A stretch of DNA of 64,000 bases from an uncultured Phycisphaerales bacterium (GCA_963766775.1 CAVYBP010000010.1:120523-184522); one strand, 5' to 3'; shown: positions 21,276 to 32,685, numbered from the stretch's first letter. The notes: generated from the letters alone by a model not told the origin. Program-made: numbers and translations.

Positions 21276-23033
21276 GTGATGGGTATTGAGGATCGAATGG
21301 GCGTGTTTTTTGCTGGGGACAGCACATTTCGGGGACGCCGTCGCCGGCTTTTTTGGGGAGTCGGGGTTGCGTTGCTGGCGGGGGTGTTGCTCGGTGGAGG
21401 GACTCATGCGGTGGCGGCGGAAGATGAGATGGCGGTGAACTTCGCGATTGATGCGGGGGACTCTCGTGGCGATCTTCATCCGATCTGGCGATTTTTTGGG
21501 TATGACGAATGCAACTTTACTTACATGAAGTATGGGAAGGAGTTGTTGGGGGAGCTTGGGAAGCTTGGGCCGGCGCAGGTGTATATTCGGTGTCATCATT
21601 TGATGACGTCCGGGGATGGAACGCCGGGGATGAAGTGGGGCTCGACGGGGATGTATAGCGAGGATGTGCAGGGGAATCCGGTGTACAACTGGACGATTGT
21701 TGATCGAATCTTTGATACCTATTTGGCGGCAGGGGTTAAGCCGTATGTACAGATTGGGTTCATGCCGAAGGATCTTTCGACGCGGCCTGATCTTTATCCA
21801 ACGGATATCTCGATGGAGAAGCGTACGCCGGAGAATGGAGGGCAAGCGTATCCGCCAAAGGATTTCAATAAGTGGCGGGAACTGGTGAGGAAATGGGTGG
21901 AGCACTCGGTGGAAAAGTATGGGAAGGCGGAGGTGGAGAAGTGGTATTGGGAGGTGTGGAACGAGCCGAACATTTTGTATTGGAAGGGGAAGCCGGAGGA
22001 GTATTTTAAGTTATACGATTATGCGGTGGACGGCGTGCGGCATGCGCTGCCGACGGCGCGGGTGGGAGGGCCGGAAGGGGCTGGATCTGAGAAGTTTTTG
22101 AACGGGTTCTTGGAGCATTGCGCGCGGGGGGTGAATGAAGCGACGGGCGGGCATGGGAGTCCGATTGATTTTATTTCGTTCCATGCGAAGGGGAGTCCGA
22201 AGTTTGTGGAGAATCATGTGGAGATGGGGATATCGAATCAGTTGAATCGGATCGATAAGAATTTTGGGGTGGTGGCGTCATTTTCAGAGTATAAAAAATT
22301 GCCGATTGTGATTGGGGAGTCGGACCCGGATGGGATGGCGGCGCGGCCAGTGTCAGAAGCGAAGGGGCTCGGGTATCGGAACACGACGCTGTTTTCGAGT
22401 TACACGGCTGCGACGCTGGCGCGCACGTATGAACTTGCGGACAAGCATGGGGTGAATATCGAGGGGGCGTTGACGTGGTCGTTTGAGTTTGAGAATAAGC
22501 CGTATTTTGCGGGGTATCGGGTGCTGGCGACGAACGGAGTGGATTTGCCCGTGCTGAATGTGTTTCGGATGTTTGGGAAAATGGCGGGGTCGCGGATCGC
22601 GGTGGAGAGTTCGGGGGCGTTGGGCGTGAAGGAGATGCTTGCGGGCGGGGTGAGAGGGAAGCCGGATGTGTCAGCGGTGGCCGCGGTCGCACCGGGGCAA
22701 CTGAGCGTTCTCGCGTGGAATTATCATGATGATGATGTCGCGGGTCCGGCGGCGGCGATTGAGATGAATCTGAAGCGGTTGCCTTTCGCGAATGGTGAGG
22801 CGACGGTCACGCAGTATCGGATCGATCACGATCACAGCAATGCGTACACGGCTTGGCTGGCGATGGGCTCGCCGGCAGAGCCTTCGGCGGAGCAGTATGC
22901 GCAGTTGAAGGCGGCGGGTCAGCTTGCGATGTTGGATGGGAAGGAAACGGTGCATGTGGTGGATGGGGCGGCGAAGGTGCGACTCAGTTTGCCGCGGCAG
23001 GGGGTGGCGCTGGTCGTGGTGCAATGGCGTTAA
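21276..23033 (+). CDS. clan GH-A glycoside hydrolase (GH39-like), secreted
   Basis: catalytic WEVWNEPN motif, TIM-barrel plus C-terminal beta-sandwich length; N-terminal RRRRLFWGVGVALLAG (possible Tat-type) signal. Confidence 0.5.
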   Translation: MMGIEDRMGVFFAGDSTFRGRRRRLFWGVGVALLAGVLLGGGTHAVAAEDEMAVNFAIDAGDSRGDLHPIWRFFGYDECNFTYMKYGKELLGELGKLGPAQVYIRCHHLMTSGDGTPGMKWGSTGMYSEDVQGNPVYNWTIVDRIFDTYLAAGVKPYVQIGFMPKDLSTRPDLYPTDISMEKRTPENGGQAYPPKDFNKWRELVRKWVEHSVEKYGKAEVEKWYWEVWNEPNILYWKGKPEEYFKLYDYAVDGVRHALPTARVGGPEGAGSEKFLNGFLEHCARGVNEATGGHGSPIDFISFHAKGSPKFVENHVEMGISNQLNRIDKNFGVVASFSEYKKLPIVIGESDPDGMAARPVSEAKGLGYRNTTLFSSYTAATLARTYELADKHGVNIEGALTWSFEFENKPYFAGYRVLATNGVDLPVLNVFRMFGKMAGSRIAVESSGALGVKEMLAGGVRGKPDVSAVAAVAPGQLSVLAWNYHDDDVAGPAAAIEMNLKRLPFANGEATVTQYRIDHDHSNAYTAWLAMGSPAEPSAEQYAQLKAAGQLAMLDGKETVHVVDGAAKVRLSLPRQGVALVVVQWR

Positions 23034-23188
23034 TTATGCGTTGTGCATAAGATTTGGCTCACAGAGGACACCGAGACGGCATGTCGATTGATTTTGTGTT
23101 GTGTAAGTTTTGTTTGGCGAAATATAGTTCGATCGAGAACGTTTAGTTTTTTATCTTTTTCGTCTATTGATTATTACTGAGGAAATTC

Positions 23189-24446
23189 ATGAGCAATCGC
23201 ACGATGTATCGGATGATGGGCTTGGCGTGTTCGATGGCGGTTGCGCTGGGTGTGGGAAGGATTGCGAGGGCGGAGGATGTTCCGGTGAGTGGCGCTCCGC
23301 CGTTGCCGGAGGTGATCCCGGGGGGCGAGTGTGGTCCTGGGGTGCCGCAATTTACCGTGGGGAAGGGGTATCGGGTGACGATCGCGATTGATGCGCCGCC
23401 GGAGTCGCGATTCATGGAGTTCGACAATTACGGACATCTGTATGTGTCGGCACCGAAGCATGGGACGATCACGGTGTACGAGTTGCAGCCGAATCGGACG
23501 TACAAGGAGATCGCGGTAGCCGTCAAGGATAAGCCGACGATCCACTGTATGGATTTTTTTGATGGGTGGCTTTGGTACACGACCTCGGGGGCGATTTTCA
23601 AGGGGAAGGTGCGGGCGGATGGGATGGGGCTCGATGAGATGACGACGGTGATTCCGGATGACAAGACGTTGCCTTCGGGAGGAAGTCACTGGTGGCGTCC
23701 AATCCTTGTGGATAAGGATGGTTTTTATACGGGGATCGGGGAACCGCGAAATATCAGCGACCAGTCGGCGACGGATCGCGAAAAGATTTGGCGCTATTCG
23801 TTGGATGGCAAGACCAGGACGCTGTTTGTGAGTGGAATTCGGAACACGGAAAAATTGCGGTTCCGTCCGGGCACGAACGAGGTATGGGGCCTGGATCACG
23901 GGTCGGACAATTTCTGGTTTACGCATGGGGAGAAGAAGGGGAATCAGCCGGTGACTGATCGGATTCCGGGTGAAGAGATCAATCATTACGAAGCGGGGAA
24001 GTTTTATGGACATCCGTTCGTGGTCGATGCGAATTTGATTCGGCCGGAGTTTATGAAGCGGCCGGACATTCAGCAGATTCTGGCGAAGTCGACGCCGCCG
24101 GAGTACATGCTGCCGGCGCATTATGCGGACAACGGCTGGACGTGGCTGACGAAGGATACGGGTTTTGGGAAGGCCGGTGACATGTGTATTCCGTCGCACG
24201 GGAGTTGGAACAGCACGGTGAAGGTGGGGTATTGCGTATCGCTTTTACATTTTGATGCGAAGGGCAAGCCGGTGCATGCGGCAAAAGATCGTGAGTTGTT
24301 TTGCTCCGGATGGAACAACGGTGTTGGGGCGCCCTGTGGACGTGGTGGAGGAGCCGGGGACGAACGATCTGCTTTTCTCGGTGGATGCGCCCAAGGGTCA
24401 GGTGTATCGCCTGAGTGCGACGGCGGTGGCGACGACGGAAAAATGA
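23189..24446 (+). CDS. PQQ-dependent sugar dehydrogenase-like beta-propeller (soluble glucose/sorbosone dehydrogenase family); frameshift near 24300
   Basis: signal peptide; EVWGLDHGSD...EEINHYEAGKFYGHPF matches the E.G.GGDE.N.I..G.NYGWP pattern; C-terminus continues in ORF 24252-24446. Confidence 0.5.
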
Positions 24447-24597
24447 TTCGGGTTGCGGCGTTCTGAAGCTCGATGCGTCCGCTGCGCTAAATGAAATTTG
24501 AATCCTGTACGCAAGGAGAGGTGCGCCACGGCGTTTACGCTCAGGTGTTGATCGCGCTCCTTGGCGCGATGGCGGCTTGTGATGATGAAGCGAGGTC

Positions 24598-26943
24598 GTG
24601 ATGCGTTCCATTGAGTGGAAGGGTTTTGGCGCGGCGGTTTTGGTGTTGGCGGTGGCGGGATTGGAGGGTTGTGCGCCGCGCGGCGAGGAGGGTGGTGAAA
24701 GCCTGCATCATTATATGGTGGCAAACGAGGGGGCGTGCGTGGGCGGGCGCGAGCGGTTGTTTAATGAGGGTTGGCGATTTGTGAATGGGGATGTGCGGGG
24801 CGCGGAGGGGGTGGTTTTTTCGGATGCGGGGTGGCGCGGGGTGATGTTGCCTCACGATTGGAGTGTGGAGGGGCCATTCGATCAGAAGTGGGCGAGTGCG
24901 ACGGCGTTTTTGCCGGCGGGGGTGGGGTGGTATCGGAAGACCTTTGCGACGCCGGGCGATGCGGCGGGGAAAGCAGTCGCGATTCATTTCGACGGGATTT
25001 ACAAGCAGAGCAAAGTGTGGTGCAACGGGCATCTGTTGGGCGAGCGGCCGAGCGGGTATGTGGCTTTGGATTATGAATTGACGCCCTATTTGAATCCGCC
25101 GGGGGAGAAGAATGTGATCGCGGTGCGGGTGGATCATTCGGATTTTGCGGATTCGAGGTGGTATCCGGGGTCGGGGATTTACCGGAATGTGTTTCTTCGC
25201 GTGACGGATGCGGTTCATGTGGCGGCGGATGGAACTTTTGTGACGACGCCGGAGGTCTCCGCGACGGGGCCGTCGCGGGTGGATGTTGAAACGACGGTGG
25301 TGAACGGGGGCCGCGAAAATGTGGATGTCACGGTCACAAGCAGCGTGAAAGATGATAAGGGGCACGTGGTGGCGGGGGCGGAGCATCGCCAGACAATTGC
25401 GGCAGGCGGGCAGAGTGTTTTTCAGGGCGACATGTCGGTGATGCACGCGGCATTGTGGTCGGTAGCGCATCCTGTTTTGTATACGCTGGAGACGCGGGTG
25501 ATGAAGGGCGGGCGCGAGGTGGATCGATACGAGACGCCGTTTGGAATTCGCGCGGTGAAATTTGACCCGGTGCACGGACTGCTGGTGAATGGGGAGGCCG
25601 TGAAGATGAAGGGGGTGTGTTTGCATGAAGATGCGGGAGTGCTGGGGTCGGCGATTCCGGTGGAGGTGTGGGAGCGGCGGCTGCGGATATTGAAGGAAGG
25701 CGGCTGCAACGCGATTCGGACGAGTCATAATCCGCCGGCACCGGAATTTCTCGATCTGTGCGACCGCATGGGGTTTCTGGTCATGGATGAAGCGTTTGAT
25801 GAATGGAACAAGGCGAAGAAGAAATGGGTGGATGGATGGAACGGGACGAAGTTCAGTCTTGACGGTTATCCGCCGGCGTTTGAGAAGTGGGCGGATCGGG
25901 ATATTCAGGCGATGGTGGTGCGCGATCGGAATCATCCGAGCGTGATCATGTGGAGCATCGGGAACGAAATCGATTATCCAACCGACCCGTATCCGGTGAA
26001 TTCGCCGGAGCTTTTGCCGATTGCGCAGCGATTGGTAAAGGATGTGAAGGCGATGGATACGACGCGGCCGGTGACGGCGGCGTGCGCGGCGATTCGGACG
26101 AATCTGTTTTTTCCCGCGTTGGATATTGTGGGATACAACTATCAGGAGAAGTTGTACGCGGAGGATCATGCGGCGCATCCGGAACGGATCATGTACGGCA
26201 GCGAGAACAAGCACGATCTCGCCGCGTGGGAGGCGGTGGAGAAAAACGAGTTTATCCCCGGGCAGTTTTTGTGGACGGGGATTGATTATCTGGGGGAATC
26301 GCACAAGTGGCCGAACCGGGGGAACCCGAGCGGGCTGTTGGATTACGCGGGATTTCCGAAGGCGGCCTATTACTTTCGGCAGAGTTTGTGGAGCGTCAAG
26401 CCGATGGTTTATTTGGATCGCGTGGCGGACGGGGTGCAGTGCGATACGAATTGTGAGAGTGTCGAATTGTTTGAGGGCGGGAAGTCCGTGGGGGAGAAGA
26501 CGCTGCCTGCGGATCGGGTGATCCGTTGGTCAGTGGGTGCGGACGGCGGGGATCTGAGGGCGGTGGGAAAGAATGGGGGCAAGGCGGTTTGTGAGTTTGA
26601 GTTGAAGAAGGCGGGCCCCGCGAAAAAGTTGGTGATTCGGGAATATAAAACCGAGGCGCGGACGTGCGAGGGCGTGCGCGTGGCTCAGTTGGAAATGGAT
26701 GTGACTGATGATGCGGGGAGGTGCGTGACGACGGCGGCGGATCGGATTGAGGTGACGTTTGAGGGGGAAGGACGGTTGTTGGGGATTGAGAATGGCGATG
26801 TTGCGGATCATGAGAATGGGCAGGTTCGAGCGAAGAAGGCGTATCACGGGCGAATGATTGTGTATGTCGAGGTGCGAGGCGCGGTGATAGTTCATGCGTC
26901 GGCGGCGGGTTTGAGCGCTGCGGGATTGCGGTTGAAAGAATAG
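24598..26943 (+). CDS. glycoside hydrolase family 2 (beta-galactosidase/beta-mannosidase-like)
   Basis: GH2 architecture with NAIRTSHNPPAPEFLDLCDRMGFLVMDEAFDEWN catalytic region, sugar-binding N-domain, signal peptide. Confidence 0.7.
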   Translation: MMRSIEWKGFGAAVLVLAVAGLEGCAPRGEEGGESLHHYMVANEGACVGGRERLFNEGWRFVNGDVRGAEGVVFSDAGWRGVMLPHDWSVEGPFDQKWASATAFLPAGVGWYRKTFATPGDAAGKAVAIHFDGIYKQSKVWCNGHLLGERPSGYVALDYELTPYLNPPGEKNVIAVRVDHSDFADSRWYPGSGIYRNVFLRVTDAVHVAADGTFVTTPEVSATGPSRVDVETTVVNGGRENVDVTVTSSVKDDKGHVVAGAEHRQTIAAGGQSVFQGDMSVMHAALWSVAHPVLYTLETRVMKGGREVDRYETPFGIRAVKFDPVHGLLVNGEAVKMKGVCLHEDAGVLGSAIPVEVWERRLRILKEGGCNAIRTSHNPPAPEFLDLCDRMGFLVMDEAFDEWNKAKKKWVDGWNGTKFSLDGYPPAFEKWADRDIQAMVVRDRNHPSVIMWSIGNEIDYPTDPYPVNSPELLPIAQRLVKDVKAMDTTRPVTAACAAIRTNLFFPALDIVGYNYQEKLYAEDHAAHPERIMYGSENKHDLAAWEAVEKNEFIPGQFLWTGIDYLGESHKWPNRGNPSGLLDYAGFPKAAYYFRQSLWSVKPMVYLDRVADGVQCDTNCESVELFEGGKSVGEKTLPADRVIRWSVGADGGDLRAVGKNGGKAVCEFELKKAGPAKKLVIREYKTEARTCEGVRVAQLEMDVTDDAGRCVTTAADRIEVTFEGEGRLLGIENGDVADHENGQVRAKKAYHGRMIVYVEVRGAVIVHASAAGLSAAGLRLKE

Positions 26944-26962
26944 GCTTCTGCGTTGGGTTTAT

Positions 26963-28648
26963 ATGAAAGATTTTTTTGCAGGTGGCATGATGCTCGTGGT
27001 GCGGAGGCTCGCGGCGGTTGCTGTCGTGATGGCCGGCATTGCGATGCCGGCGCGGGCGGCTTCCGGTTCGGGGGCGGAGATTGTTGCGAAGCCTGCGGAA
27101 TTGAAGGCTGCGTGGGGCGATCAGGGGAACGGGACGTATGTGAATCCGGTGCTTCCGAGCGATTACAGCGATCTAGATGCGATCCGCGTTGGCGATGATT
27201 TTTATGCGATGTCGTCCACGTTTCAGTTTTCGCCCGGGGCGGTCATTCTGCATTCAAAAGATCTTGTGAGTTGGACCGTTTTTAGTCACGCGGTGGGGGA
27301 CGTCACGCAAATCGCGCCGGAGATGAACTGGGACAAGATGGATCGCTATGGGCATGGCATTTGGGCGGGCGCGATTCGGTTTCATGCGGGCAAGTTCTGG
27401 GTTTATTTTGGCACGCCGGAGGAGGGGGTTTTCGTGACGACCGCGAAGGATGCGGCGGGTCCCTGGGAGCCGGTGCATGCAGTGCTGAAGGCGAAGGGAT
27501 GGGATGATTGTTGTCCGTTCTGGGATGATGATGGGCAGGGGTATCTGGTCTGCACAAACTATGCGGACAAGTATAAAATTCATCTGTTCAAGATGTCAGC
27601 GGATGGCAGGCAATTGGTGATGGGCTCCGATAAGGTGATTCACCAGTCGCGGGGAAGCGAAGCGAACAAACTCTATAAAATAAAGGGACTTTACTATCAT
27701 TATTACAGCGAGGTTCAGCGAGAGGGGCGGGTGGTAATGATGGAACGGTCGAAGAGTTTGGATGGGCCTTGGGAGAGCAGGCAGTTGATTCATGTGAATA
27801 AGGCGTTGGATAAGGAGCCGAACCAGGGGGGGCTGATTGAGCTTGCGTCGGGTGATTGGTGGTTTGTGACGCATCAGGGGACGGGGGATTGGGAGGGGCG
27901 GGCGATGGTGCTGCTGCCGGTGACGTGGGTGGAGGGTTGGCCGGTGATTGGGAAGGTGGGTGCGGACGGGATTGGGAACATGATGTGGACGGCGAAGAAG
28001 CCGGTGGTGAGCAGCGGGGGCGCGGCCGGGGGGGCGGTCGCGGTAGGGCTGGTGCCGCAGACGGATGATGAGTTTGAGGCGAAGTCATTGCCGGCGCAGT
28101 GGGAGTGGAACTATCAACCGCGCGGAGAAATGGTCGCTGTCGGAGCGGCCGGGTTTTTTGCGGCTGCATGCGTTGCGCCCTTGCAGCCGAATGATTTGCT
28201 GAAGGCGGGGAATACGTTGACGCAGCGATGCCTGCGGACGGAGACGAATGAGGTGACACTGAAACTGGATATTAGCGGGATGGCTGATGGGGAGCAGGCG
28301 GGGCTGTGTCATTTCGCGAAGGGGTATTCGACGGTCGGCATTTCGCAGTCGGGTGAGACGCGGACGCTGACATTTAATGAGGGGGGAAAGGTGACCGCGG
28401 GGCCGGTCATCGCATCAAAAAATGTATGGCTGCGAAGCACATGGGGCTACGATGGGATCAGTCAATATGCGTACAGTATCGATGGAAAAAAATTTACGCC
28501 GTTTGGGCAGCCTTATGCTTTGACTTGGGGCTATTACCGGGGTGATCGGATTGGAATCTTTAATTACAACAACAAAGGCGACCGCGGATTTGTGGATGTG
28601 GACTCATTTCATTACACGTTCGCCAAGCCTGCGGGTGCGTCCAGGTGA
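26963..28648 (+). CDS. glycoside hydrolase family 43 (beta-xylosidase/alpha-L-arabinofuranosidase) with C-terminal beta-sandwich
   Basis: signal peptide; NPVLPSDYSDLDAIRVGDDFYAMSSTFQFSPG 5-bladed propeller N-terminus typical of GH43. Confidence 0.7.
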   Translation: MKDFFAGGMMLVVRRLAAVAVVMAGIAMPARAASGSGAEIVAKPAELKAAWGDQGNGTYVNPVLPSDYSDLDAIRVGDDFYAMSSTFQFSPGAVILHSKDLVSWTVFSHAVGDVTQIAPEMNWDKMDRYGHGIWAGAIRFHAGKFWVYFGTPEEGVFVTTAKDAAGPWEPVHAVLKAKGWDDCCPFWDDDGQGYLVCTNYADKYKIHLFKMSADGRQLVMGSDKVIHQSRGSEANKLYKIKGLYYHYYSEVQREGRVVMMERSKSLDGPWESRQLIHVNKALDKEPNQGGLIELASGDWWFVTHQGTGDWEGRAMVLLPVTWVEGWPVIGKVGADGIGNMMWTAKKPVVSSGGAAGGAVAVGLVPQTDDEFEAKSLPAQWEWNYQPRGEMVAVGAAGFFAAACVAPLQPNDLLKAGNTLTQRCLRTETNEVTLKLDISGMADGEQAGLCHFAKGYSTVGISQSGETRTLTFNEGGKVTAGPVIASKNVWLRSTWGYDGISQYAYSIDGKKFTPFGQPYALTWGYYRGDRIGIFNYNNKGDRGFVDVDSFHYTFAKPAGASR

Positions 28649-28674
28649 TCCGTCCATTTTAAGGAGAAACCATC

Positions 28675-30280
28675 ATGCGGAAACGAATCTGTGCGGCGAG
28701 CGTTGCCACTCTTGCAATGATCGCGATGAACACGAGTCGAAGCGTTGCGCAATTTACTGCGGACAGCACGTCTGAGATGTCCGATGTCGCGGCGACGGCG
28801 GCACCGGCAATTCCGCCGGGGCCGGTGAAGCCCACATGGGAATCGATTGACCAAAACTATAAAGTGCCGGAGTGGTTCCGCGACGCGAAGTTCGGCATTT
28901 TCATGCATTGGGGGCTGTATTCCGTGCCGGCGCATGGGAGTGAATGGTACGTCCGTTACATGTACGCCAACACGGCTTTTATTCAGTGGCATACGGAGCA
29001 TTTTGGGCCGCCGGATAAGTTTGGGTATAAAGATTTCATACCGCTGTTCACGTGCGCGAAATTCGATCCGGATGCATGGGCGCTGTTGTTCAAGAAGGCG
29101 GGGGCGAAGTATGTGGTGCCGACGGCAGAGCATCATGACGGCTGGGCGAATTGGGACAGTGATTTGACGCCGTGGTGCGCGGGGAAGATGGGGCCGAAGC
29201 GGGACCTGATCGGCGACCTTGGAAAAGCGGTGCGAAAGCAGGGGCTTAAGTTCGGCGTCTCGAGTCATCGTATGAATCACTACGACTTCATCAAGCCGAT
29301 GGCGGGGCTCGCGACGGATTTGTACGATCCCGCCAACGACTCGTTTTACTGGGTCGCCAATCACAGTACGAAACATTACGAGGAATTCCTGGCGGACTGG
29401 GTGGCACGGAGTTGCGAGTTGATTGATAAGTATCAGGTGGACATGCTTTGGTACGACATGGGCGGGACGAGCCGCATGCAGGATGCGATCAAGCTGAAAG
29501 TAGCGGCTTATTATTACAATCGCGCAAAGGAGTGGAACAAGGAAGTGTCACTGAGCGCGAAGGGGGAGGCGTTCAAGACGGGAAGCATCATGGATTATGA
29601 GCGCGAGGGCCGCGCGCCGCTCGAACTGACGGATTATGTCTGGCAGGCGGATGATCCGATTGCGGACAAGTTTGGATACGTCGAGGGGATGAAGGTCACG
29701 AGCACGGGGTCGCTGGTGATGCGGCTCATTGAGAACACGAGCAAGAACGGAAATCTGCTGCTCAATATTTCTCCGAAGGCGGACGGGACGATTCCGGACG
29801 ATCAGCAGAAAGTGCTGCTGGGCATCGGGAAATGGCTGGATGTGAATGGCGAGGCGATTTATGGCTCGCGGCCATGGGTGAGATATGGCGAAGGGCCCGC
29901 GTCGGATGCGGCGGCGGCACTTGCGGCAAAGACGCTGCGCGGCGGGCGGGGGTGGCCGGACCAATCAGGCGCAGACCGGAGCCGGCGATGTCGCGGGCGG
30001 CGGATTGCCAAAGAAGGGTTACACGCCGAAGGATTTCCGCTTCACCACCAAGGGCGACACGTTGTATGCGATCGGCATGGCGTGGCCGGGGAATGAGGCC
30101 GTGGTCACCTCTCTCGCTTCTGATAAAACCAAGGGCACGATCGAGAAGGTGGAAATGCTCGGCCATGATGGCGCGTTGAAGTTCACGCAGGATGCGGCGG
30201 GATTGAAGGTCGAGATACCGTCGGAGAAGCCGTGCGACTATGCGTATGTGCTGAAGATTACAGGATTGAAATCAAAGTGA
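28675..30280 (+). CDS. alpha-L-fucosidase, glycoside hydrolase family 29; frameshift near 29950
   Basis: signal peptide; EWFRDAKFGIFMHWGLYSVPAHGSEWY GH29 signature; C-terminal domain continues in ORF 29885-30280. Confidence 0.65.
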
Positions 30281-31878
30281 TGTTCAGCGGGATGGCGTGA
30301 CTTTGATGAGCACCGTGCCGTGCGATGGAATTTGAGTGTCGAACTTTCCGTCGAAGGTGCCGAGCTCTTTTGCCGCCAGAGGTCGCGGACGGTTTGAGAG
30401 CCGTTGATTTTCAGGTCGGTCCATTTCAGCGTGCCGGTGGCGGGCGATGAACCCAGGTTGAAGAGGCCGACGGCGTGCGATCCGTCTTCGAGTTCTTTGG
30501 CATAGACTTGCACGTCTCCGTCCTGGCTGATGCGCGAGCCTTGTTTTCCCAGCGTGTCCTGATCGACCGCCAGCACTTCGTCATTGGTGAGCAGGTTCAG
30601 CGTAAATGGATCGAGGCGGTCGAGATCGCAGCCGATCAGCATCGGCGCGGCAAGGAGACACCAGAGGCTGATGTGCGTGTATTGTTCATCAGGCGTCAGC
30701 TTGGATGCGTGCAACTGCGGGCCCCAGCCGACCCAGCCCACGACGAGCATGTCGGTGTCGTTCCAGTGCCCCGGTCCGGCGAAGGCGGTCCATTTTTCCT
30801 GCTGCTCGAATCCGATTTTTCGGACGACGCCCCAGTTGTCGCGGATATCGTTGGTGGTTCGCCATGCGTTGGCGAGGCGGATGTAGTCGGCAGAGAGGGC
30901 GATGGGGGCCTGGTTGGAGAGGCTGAGGATCATGTCGCGGCCGCTGGCTCGAAGGGCGTCGCTGATTTCCTGAATCTGCGGGACTTCGATGGGGTTCCAG
31001 TCGTATTTGAGATAATCGAAACCCCAAATGCCCCATTGCTTCGCGTCGACGGCGGCGAAGGAATATTTGCCGACGGCGTAGGGGAGGACCTTCTTATTAC
31101 GCGGCGGCTTGCCGGGCCATTTTTGCAGATCGCCTTCGGGGTTTTCCGCGGAGCCGCCAAGTTCACCCGCATACGAGCGAACCCAGGGAGTCGAGTAAAT
31201 TCCGACCTTCAGGCCCATCGCGTGAATGTCGTCGCACATGGCTTTGATGTCAGGGAACTTAGTCGGGTTGGGCTGGAGCGCGTTCAAGGGTCCGCCGCGT
31301 TTTCCCTGCCATTTGTCGTCGATGTTGATGTAGGTCCATCCGTGGTCGATGAGGCCGGACGCGACCATTGCTTTGGCGGAGCGGAGGACTTTGTCCTGAT
31401 CGACGGCACTGGCCCAGCAGTTCCAACTGTTCCAGCCCATGGGGGGCGTGAGTGCGATCTGGTCACCGACGACGATTTTGAACTCTTTTTCTGTGGTGCC
31501 CAAGGCGTTGGTTGCCGCGAGGGTGACGTGGTATTCACCGGGGTTGTCGAGGGTTCCGGTGATGTGGCCGGTAGCGGAGTCGAGTTGCAGGCCGTTGGGA
31601 AGGTTTTTGGCGGAGAATATTTTGGGCTGTTGGCCGGTAGCGGGGATGGTGTAGAGGAAGGGATGGCCGGGGCGGACGCCGAATATCTTTGGACCGTGGA
31701 TGCGGGGTGTAAGGGGAGGTGGCGGCGTCAGGATGAAGGATGAGAGATCGACCGGAGCGGGGGCGGACGCGGTGGATGGCGCGGAGGCGGCGGGCAATGT
31801 GGTGTCATTTGCCGCGATCAACGGAAGGGTGCAGAAGAAGCCGAGTGCGGCGGGTAGGCACCATTTGATGGGGGACAT
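30238..31878 (-). CDS. alpha-galactosidase GH27 with N-terminal Ig-like domain; probable frameshift in the last ~40 codons (~30400)
   Basis: signal peptide MSPIKWCLPAALGFFCTLPLIAA; PPMGWNSWNCW GH27 motif; G9 tract at 31903-31911 just upstream of the start. Confidence 0.65.
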   Translation of the reverse strand: MSPIKWCLPAALGFFCTLPLIAANDTTLPAASAPSTASAPAPVDLSSFILTPPPPLTPRIHGPKIFGVRPGHPFLYTIPATGQQPKIFSAKNLPNGLQLDSATGHITGTLDNPGEYHVTLAATNALGTTEKEFKIVVGDQIALTPPMGWNSWNCWASAVDQDKVLRSAKAMVASGLIDHGWTYINIDDKWQGKRGGPLNALQPNPTKFPDIKAMCDDIHAMGLKVGIYSTPWVRSYAGELGGSAENPEGDLQKWPGKPPRNKKVLPYAVGKYSFAAVDAKQWGIWGFDYLKYDWNPIEVPQIQEISDALRASGRDMILSLSNQAPIALSADYIRLANAWRTTNDIRDNWGVVRKIGFEQQEKWTAFAGPGHWNDTDMLVVGWVGWGPQLHASKLTPDEQYTHISLWCLLAAPMLIGCDLDRLDPFTLNLLTNDEVLAVDQDTLGKQGSRISQDGDVQVYAKELEDGSHAVGLFNLGSSPATGTLKWTDLKINGSQTVRDLWRQKSSAPSTESSTLKFHRTARCSSKSRHPAEHHFDFNPVIFSTYA

Positions 31879-31990
31879 GGTTGCTCCTTGATGGTGGTGG
31901 GGGGGGGTGGGGGAGCGCGCGGCGAAAAAAAATAAGCCGCGGAGGTGGTCCGCGGCTTGGAGGGGGGTCGAGGGTCGATTGCGGAGTCGC

Positions 31991-32272
31991 TTAGACCGGG
32001 CTGCCGCCGACGTAGGGGAGCATGCCGAGGAATCGCGAGCGCTTGATCGCGTCAGTGATCATGCGTTGTTCGGCCGCGGAAGCGCCGCTGCGCTTGCGGG
32101 GCAGAATTTTGCCGTTGATGGAGAGCATCTTCTTGAGGCTCTCGACGTCCTTATAGTCGATGTAGACTTTGCCGATTGACGAGACTTTGGCAACGCGGGT
32201 CTTGGGGCGTTGAAATGTCTGGAAACGGGGCTTGCGGGCTGGAGGGGGCATGGTAGTCCTTACTTTCTTCAT
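31991..32272 (-). CDS. rpsR: 30S ribosomal protein S18
   Basis: [53 protein letters not shown] matches bS18; start at MKKVRTT (alternative MPPPARKP at 32251). Confidence 0.75.
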   Translation of the reverse strand: MKKVRTTMPPPARKPRFQTFQRPKTRVAKVSSIGKVYIDYKDVESLKKMLSINGKILPRKRSGASAAEQRMITDAIKRSRFLGMLPYVGGSPV

Positions 32273-32343
32273 TTCCGTCACGCGACTCCCGCACACGCGG
32301 CGGGAGAGGTCGGTTGGCGGCAAGAGCCGCCACATGACAGTGG

Positions 32344-32604
32344 TTATTTCTTATAATGATCGGCGTTAATCTGGATGTACTGTTTCCACTCGCTGGGGAC
32401 ATCGTCCTCGGTGAAGATGGCTTTGACGGGACATTCGTCGACACAGAGGCCGCAGTCGATGCACGTGTCCGGGTCGATGTAGAGCATCGAGCTTGGTCCG
32501 AATTCGGGTTCATCTTTGCGTGGATGGATGCAATCGACGGGGCAGACATTAACGCAGGCGGTGTCTTTCGTGCCCGCGCAGGGTTCAGTGATAATATGCG
32601 GCAT
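32344..32604 (-). CDS. 7Fe-type ferredoxin (FdxA-like)
   Basis: [28 protein letters not shown] ... [12 protein letters not shown] cysteine clusters; GGAG RBS 8 nt upstream of internal Met. Confidence 0.7.
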   Translation of the reverse strand: MPHIITEPCAGTKDTACVNVCPVDCIHPRKDEPEFGPSSMLYIDPDTCIDCGLCVDECPVKAIFTEDDVPSEWKQYIQINADHYKK

Positions 32605-32685
32605 ACAGCAACTCCATGGGCGTGGGCGGCATACGACCGCTCCAGCAGGTTTTGAGTCGGTCAATTATAGGGATTAGGGGTAACG

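Noticed and set aside
23174-24199. 341-aa minus-strand ORF
   Set aside because: Antisense to PQQ sugar dehydrogenase gene; Arg-rich.
24541-26304. 587-aa minus-strand ORF
   Set aside because: Antisense to the GH2 gene with strong family conservation on the plus strand.
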